Source: a virus
Lineage: Duplodnaviria; Heunggongvirae; Uroviricota; Caudoviricetes
Reading direction: 5' to 3' (one strand)
Length of the DNA stretch: 10,707 nucleotides
Virus record (IMG/VR): IMGVR_UViG_2660238201_000001
Coordinates: 67,579-78,285 of that record
The first letter of the stretch is position 1. Each line of letters starts with the position of its first letter. The translations under genes and the position numbers were made by a program. The notes below the pieces were generated by a model. The model was not told the DNA's origin, searched no databases, and saw only the letters and a program-made list of their open reading frames with translations. Of the stretch, positions 6,801-10,707 are shown piece by piece.

Positions 6801-9800
6801 TCCGTCGCTGTGTTTTGCAAAAGTGACCAGCGCCCAGCTGCGACCAGGGGTAAACAGGTTTTTGCCGCTTTCATCAAAAACCCCAGGAGTTACGCTGTTG
6901 CCATTCCCCCGTGCAGTGACAGTAAACACAGTGCGACGGTTCATCGAGGCCTGCAGGCTGGTAATGCTACTGTTCGCCGCGGTTAAATCGCCCCCCTGAG
7001 ATGTCACCGTGTTCCGGAGATCCTGCAATGCAGAAGCATCAGCCTTCTTGGCAATGTTGTTCTGAGCTGTCGATAGCCCGTTTTCCAACGATGTGGTGCG
7101 ATTTCCGATAGAGCTAATGGAAGTGCCTTGCTGATTCACTTTCGTTGTCAGCGAATCCACAGCCGACGCACTGGCGCTATCAGACGGAGACTCGTTCCAG
7201 TCGGAAACAACGTTACCTACCTCAAACTTCGGACTGTTGATGTACACCGTCTGGTCTTTGGAGGTATTGCTCTCGATACGACACAGAATCAGGCGCTTAG
7301 TGCCCGTAGTAGGTGTCTGCTTCCACTTAACCCAATAGCGGGCCCATGAAGTGGTCAGCGTGAACTGCGCACGGCCATCACTGTTGCTACCTTTCGCACC
7401 CTGGTTGGTCTCGATAGACGTTGTGGTGTTCGGATTGTAGAAGAACGCCGTCATCGTCTGGCCAGTAACGCCGCCTTTCGCATAGAAGCTGTAAACGTAC
7501 TCACCTGCATCGACCGGCGACTCAAGCGTGATTTCCCGCAGATCCTTGTAACCGGAGCCGGCTTTTACAGTTGCGCCAATTACCGCATTACCACGATACG
7601 TATCGCTGACAACGTTCGACCAGCCGGTCATATCGCCGGAGTTCTTGATCAGGTTTGTACCGCCGACAGAAATCGCATCAACCTTATTGTTCAGATTCGT
7701 GACAGAAGAACTCGTTGAGTTAATGTCTTTTTCGGTCTGGGTAACACGGTTGGTCAGTGCCGTCAGAGCATTGGCGTCCGCTTTTTGAGCAACGTTTGCA
7801 TTTGTTGTTCTCAAATTATTCTCAAGATTGGTAGTACGTGTACCAATGCTGGAGATGTTCTCCCCCTGCTGATTTACCGTAGAGGTCAGCGAATCAACCG
7901 CTTTCGCCGTAGCATCGAGGGAATCCTGGACTTTGGAGGAGTCGGTTACGTTCCGCAGATGCCAGTCAGTCACATACCAGACGGTGCCGAATGGGCTGGA
8001 CTGGTTAATTTGCAGGAATGGACGGAAGAAGCCGCGATCGACAATCCCCTGAGTAATTTTGAATCGCCAGGTTACTCGCTGCCATGTGGCCGACGCCTTG
8101 CGGTTGCCGCCGGATGACAGAGGCGCGCCCACGCTGCCGCTTGGCCTTGTTGCGGTTCCGAGATACAGGTTGAAATCAGCGGAGCCGGCACCACACGCGA
8201 CGAGAGCAGACATTTCATAGACATCCCCCAATGTCGCCGGAATAGCAGCAAAATTGGGGTGATGGTCGCGAGCCGCAATGCGTGCAACATAAGCGTATGG
8301 GCAATTGGCTGGCACGCCCTCAGACGAGCTGGAAACCACAGTGAAGCCCATCTGACTAAACTCTGGGTCAAATGTCGGGTTGCTAATCAAATCGCCACTT
8401 GTCGCATTCCCTGCGCGTACAGATGAATTAAGCGCAGTGATACTGCTATTCGCAGAGGATAAGCCCGATTCTGTTTGATCGACGCGCCCGGACAACACGC
8501 TTAAAGCGCTCTGATCCGCTTTTTTACTGACGTTGTTATTGGTCGTTGCCAGGTCATTTGTCAGTTTGGTGATGCTGTTACCCTGACTGGTGATCTGGTC
8601 ACCCTGTTGGGAGACGGTCGAGTCCAGTGTCGAAATCGCATTGGCGTTAGCATCTGCTGTACTTTGCGCGTTGTAGGCATCAGTCACTTCGGTAATGACC
8701 AGGTCATCAATGAGGAATGAGTTACCCGCCTTAACGCTGCTAACGTTAGGAATAGAAATCCTCACCATTGCCTGCTTAATACCGCTCTTCGTTGATTTCA
8801 GGTAACCAGAAACCTTCGTCCATTGAGCTGTAGACAGCTCTTTCGCCGCTTTGGTTACTGCTGGCCACTGCCAGGAATTGTCCTGATACTGGAGCGACAA
8901 GCCAATGGAGATCTGCGCATTCTCGGCCATAGCGGTACTCTTGGCATCCAGCTTAACCCAGCATTCCATATAGAAGACTGCGTTATCGCGTACCTGGAAA
9001 CCGCTGAAAATGTGATTATCGCTGTTATCAGTTGCGTTAGCGTTGTAATCATTCGGACGCGTCACACGGATGCACTTACTACCGCCATGCGAGTCATCAG
9101 TGGTCACGATAACGCGATTATTTGATAGATTGTGGCCAACCGCGTAGCTTTCAAAAGTGCCATCAGGAAGCAGATTAGCGCCGCGTTTGGATTGCTGGTT
9201 CAGAGAACTGCTGAGCGACGTAATGTTGCTGTTCGCCGCCGTCAGACCGGACTCCGTCTTCTCTACCCGACCTGTCAGCGTAGTGACTGCCGACTGATCG
9301 GCCTTTTTCGCGATGTTTGCGTCAGCGGCTTCGAGGTCATTGGTCAACTTAGTGATGCTGTTGCCCTGACTGGTGATCTTGTCACCCTGCTGCGTCACCG
9401 TGCTCGACAACGTAGACAGCGCATCGCTATTAGCCTTGATCTTCACCTCATCCGTGATATCAAAGACCTTAAAGGTATCAACCCAGATTTCGGCATTAGC
9501 CGGGTGCGCGTAAAGCTTAAAGTTCTGGCCATCAGCGTTAGAGGCAGTAAGTCCAGTCTCCCAGGTAATGGTCTGCCACTCACTGGTTAGTGTGACGTTT
9601 TTATCTTCATAATTGCTGTCGGTCTGGCCGATTTTATTCTGGCGCCGGATCAACATGTTCATCGCCCCGGACACGCCCTTGGCTTTGACCACAACACGAT
9701 ATTTGCGCTGACCATTAAGCGGCAGCGGCTTGTTGTTGTTGGAGAAGATGCCTGGGCTGGTAGTGGTCGTCCGGTTCAGCTTAACCCCAGCCTTACCATC

Positions 9801-10707
9801 ACCAAAGTTGCCGAAAGTAACGCCCGCCGGATACTGGATATCCCACGCAGTTGCACCCTGCAGGAAATCGTAGTTCGGGATCAGGTTGTCACCGGCGTTT
9901 CTGGCAGCGGTCAGGGTGTTATTCAGGTTCGTGATGCTGTTACCCTGGCTGGAAATCGTATCCCCCTGCTTGGAGACCGTATTTTGCAGCGTAGACAGCG
10001 CCTGTGCATCTGCCTTATTCGCCAGATTAGCGTTGGTCTGTTCGAGGCTATTTCGCAGGTCAGTAACGCTCTGTGAGGTACTCGTGACGCGATCACCTAC
10101 GGTGCTGACGTTTGAGGTGACGGCGCTAATGGCATTCGAAAGCGCGTTCATCCCAAGAGCAGAATTCAGTTGGGCTACCTTCTCGGACAGTTTAAAGCCG
10201 AGGTTAATGTAAGCCTGACCAGTCCATTGGTTCACCAGGAACTCAATCGTGCTCCAGCCAGCTTTCAGATCAAAGCTAACCGTATTCCAGCTCGAATTAC
10301 CAAAAGCAGCCCTAACACCGTTCACGTATACGGCGCCCGTATCATCAAAAACACGGGACCCTGGTGCCATAGTGATGGTGGTATCAGCATTAACCTTCAC
10401 GAAGGCTTTGTAATGCGCGATCACGTAACTGCCGGCGCTCGCAAAGTCCAGTTTTGCCGCGTCAGGAACCTCATCGATCGAGATTGGCGCCTTACCGTTG
10501 ATATCGCTAAAGGTCGGCTCAGTGGTATTGTTCGTCAGTTGTACGTTGTATACGCTACGCACCCACATGTTCTGGCGGCCGTGAACCATCTGGTTTGACA
10601 GCGAAGTGATGCTGTTGGAGTTCGACGTAATGTCTTTTCCCTGCTGGGTCACGGTGCTGTTGAGGGTTGATAACGCATTGGACGTCGCATCAATCGCTTT
10701 CTCATTG
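3879..10707 (-). CDS. Giant central tail fibre / host-specificity protein J-like (DUF1983), 5'-truncated, >2275 aa in window
   Basis: One uninterrupted frame. The track start at 10652 is an internal GTG and the frame stays open to the edge (NEKAIDATSNALSTLNSTV...). C-terminal region carries the J/DUF1983 signature. Confidence 0.92.
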   Translation of the reverse strand, partial: NEKAIDATSNALSTLNSTVTQQGKDITSNSNSITSLSNQMVHGRQNMWVRSVYNVQLTNNTTEPTFSDINGKAPISIDEVPDAAKLDFASAGSYVIAHYKAFVKVNADTTITMAPGSRVFDDTGAVYVNGVRAAFGNSSWNTVSFDLKAGWSTIEFLVNQWTGQAYINLGFKLSEKVAQLNSALGMNALSNAISAVTSNVSTVGDRVTSTSQSVTDLRNSLEQTNANLANKADAQALSTLQNTVSKQGDTISSQGNSITNLNNTLTAARNAGDNLIPNYDFLQGATAWDIQYPAGVTFGNFGDGKAGVKLNRTTTTSPGIFSNNNKPLPLNGQRKYRVVVKAKGVSGAMNMLIRRQNKIGQTDSNYEDKNVTLTSEWQTITWETGLTASNADGQNFKLYAHPANAEIWVDTFKVFDITDEVKIKANSDALSTLSSTVTQQGDKITSQGNSITKLTNDLEAADANIAKKADQSAVTTLTGRVEKTESGLTAANSNITSLSSSLNQQSKRGANLLPDGTFESYAVGHNLSNNRVIVTTDDSHGGSKCIRVTRPNDYNANATDNSDNHIFSGFQVRDNAVFYMECWVKLDAKSTAMAENAQISIGLSLQYQDNSWQWPAVTKAAKELSTAQWTKVSGYLKSTKSGIKQAMVRISIPNVSSVKAGNSFLIDDLVITEVTDAYNAQSTADANANAISTLDSTVSQQGDQITSQGNSITKLTNDLATTNNNVSKKADQSALSVLSGRVDQTESGLSSANSSITALNSSVRAGNATSGDLISNPTFDPEFSQMGFTVVSSSSEGVPANCPYAYVARIAARDHHPNFAAIPATLGDVYEMSALVACGAGSADFNLYLGTATRPSGSVGAPLSSGGNRKASATWQRVTWRFKITQGIVDRGFFRPFLQINQSSPFGTVWYVTDWHLRNVTDSSKVQDSLDATAKAVDSLTSTVNQQGENISSIGTRTTNLENNLRTTNANVAQKADANALTALTNRVTQTEKDINSTSSSVTNLNNKVDAISVGGTNLIKNSGDMTGWSNVVSDTYRGNAVIGATVKAGSGYKDLREITLESPVDAGEYVYSFYAKGGVTGQTMTAFFYNPNTTTSIETNQGAKGSNSDGRAQFTLTTSWARYWVKWKQTPTTGTKRLILCRIESNTSKDQTVYINSPKFEVGNVVSDWNESPSDSASASAVDSLTTKVNQQGTSISSIGNRTTSLENGLSTAQNNIAKKADASALQDLRNTVTSQGGDLTAANSSITSLQASMNRRTVFTVTARGNGNSVTPGVFDESGKNLFTPGRSWALVTFAKHSDGSTVIATSKTYDVFGSANNGATMSADIEALASGTYVCVLTFDEPTGNRGKVLSALESLGGTSEVVNSLPYRGAYILLGRKGMKPGDGLELRAPTGGDGTAHISTSVEFVNGVMMGLGAAGGVMMKADANASAITTLQNTVKTQGDNIDSLSSSTTALENSLASSNASVDAASQIPGNLIVNPSFERGTEGYTGWSGIATVVTLQVPHLGTKAAKLAAGGSAGVGQKISFKKDRSYKIGIWAKQDPNTTIQSTDNTKFRVADGTGLIASKAYGPFTSNWQEVSWTWKATKDVIADVQFTAFLSAGAMYFDDFYVVDVTDSVETQANSSAITKLDSRVTKTENDITSQGSQVTQLKNDLATTNTNVSKKADAAALTGLTNRVTQNEKEIETQSSQTTSLKNSLSTVQAMGSNPWFDGSLETYSENQQISGSRAVVVSSQKRSGTKSLRVSRGAGEGGNSDKSIGKWIALRENAVFRIELWAMMPADQSPSSGWSTIVGLQTQNAANNNNWPSAITITEGSLGGRGTWKKFTGTLRVATGHTRGVFWISTRGTTGTGTPGYDLYIDDVVVTDITDAKEAQDSANANASALTSLTSRVTNVEGQVTSQASQLSSLTSQVNDASSKVDQMAQTITNNEKTQSSLNTSLQSQIDAQASANIKNQTELNNATTSLAAIKSTQQTQATTISALSQQQTNLTAQVGGQSAELQELKKTVVENGNVNSTWMVKMETNSNGKKYAAGIALGIDGKNLQSQFLVQADRFGLINTSNGNTTTPFVVENGVAYMNAAVIKDGSITNAKIGSEIRSDNFVDGSRGWRVGKDGSSQFHNVIVRGHVEAESGSFKGTIDATDGVFRGTVQASRFVGDICSAGVFKQGVRPDITHYDSGSVGGTKTYVVSGTVACDVNFVGRIMVWIKGVKVSEFSVGAAASNATTRYIPAVGSLSGVTDQNVRCEITVEGSGIYNYVGGFALMTRSSGSWA
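4416..4655 (-). other. DUF1983 (J C-terminal) domain
   Basis: WMVKMETNSNGKKYAAGIALG...QSQFLVQADRFGL...PFVVENGVAYMNAAVIKDGSITNAKIG. Confidence 0.85.
5090..9890 (-). repeat. Six carbohydrate-binding-like (CBM_4_9 / galactose-binding jelly-roll) modules at about 9450-9890, 8680-9180, 7940-8395, 7185-7665, 5850-6280 and 5090-5585
   Basis: Each starts with a G-x-N/D-L-I/L-x-N/D-like motif (NLIPNYDF, NLLPDGTFE, DLISNPTFD, NLIKNSGD, NLIVNPSFE, NPWFDGSLE). All have a central W-x-x-[IV/F]-like strand. Five end in a D-x-x-V-x-[DEN]-[IV]-T-D-like strand, while the 7185-7665 module ends in FEVGNVVSDW. Confidence 0.7.
6470..6940 (-). other. ILEI/GG-type lectin-like module
   Basis: TYDVFG...LASGTYVCVLTFDE...ALESLGG...LPYRGAYILLGRKG matches the ILEI/GG pattern by eye. 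Confidence 0.65.
10190..10590 (-). other. PA14-like / jelly-roll beta module
   Basis: DDTGAVYVNG...VSFDLKAGWSTIEFLVNQWTG resembles the DD...v.idG...i.L.aG.h.i pattern of PA14-like domains. Confidence 0.5.

Larger units (their letters stand above)
1..10707 (-). mobile_element. Phage / prophage / phage-plasmid late region (tail fibres, lysis cassette, downstream accessory genes)
   Basis: Co-oriented J-like DUF1983 protein, S74-chaperone tail fibre and holin-endolysin-spanin order. No att site, integrase or replicon in the window, so integrated versus plasmid state cannot be determined. SSU5/pHCM2-like affiliation is from memory only. Confidence 0.93.
4660..10707 (-). repeat. Nine homologous Ser/Thr/Asn/Gln/Ala-rich coiled-coil spacers between the modules
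   Basis: Recurring A..AISTL.STV.QQG..I.S.G..IT.L.N.L...N.N..KKAD..AL..L..RV...E. Approximate spans: 10590-edge, 9900-10180, 9185-9445, 8400-8675, 7670-7935, 6945-7180, 6285-6440 (short), 5590-5845, 4660-5085. Confidence 0.85.

Noticed and set aside
8515-8530. AAAAAAG as a -1 frameshift site
   Set aside because: Codon phase is AGT-AAA-AAA-GCG, not the A-AAA-AAG slippery phase.
180-10598. All + strand ORFs and short alternative-frame minus ORFs in the track (e.g. 180-452, 1252-1527, 3143-3487, 9132-9590, 10170-10598, 1013-1324)
   Set aside because: They lie on or opposite well-supported genes, lack SD sites and recognisable motifs, and are explained as shadow frames.

Overview
Late (tail and lysis) region of a temperate enterobacterial siphovirus-type element, with every credible gene on the minus strand. 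Gene order and protein types suggest an SSU5/pHCM2-like phage-plasmid, but that is recalled resemblance, not a search result. In transcription order (right to left): (1) the 3' ~6.8 kb of a giant central tail fibre / host-specificity J-like gene, open past the window edge, built as 8 globular lectin-like modules alternating with homologous coiled-coil spacers, then DUF1983 and a terminal tip; (2) a 481-aa tail fibre with a C-terminal peptidase S74 chaperone; (3) a palindrome-bearing candidate promoter; (4) a lysis cassette of putative holin, lysozyme-like endolysin with an unusual C-terminal membrane tail, and overlapping i-/o-spanins; (5) a ~270-bp hairpin-dense non-coding segment with a candidate terminator and a symmetric promoter/operator; (6) two overlapping genes of unknown function, the second truncated and missing from the ORF track. 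The best leads are the periodic multi-lectin fibre, the membrane-tailed endolysin, and the accessory operon with structured upstream DNA after the lysis genes. Domain calls are by motif recognition only and boundaries are approximate.
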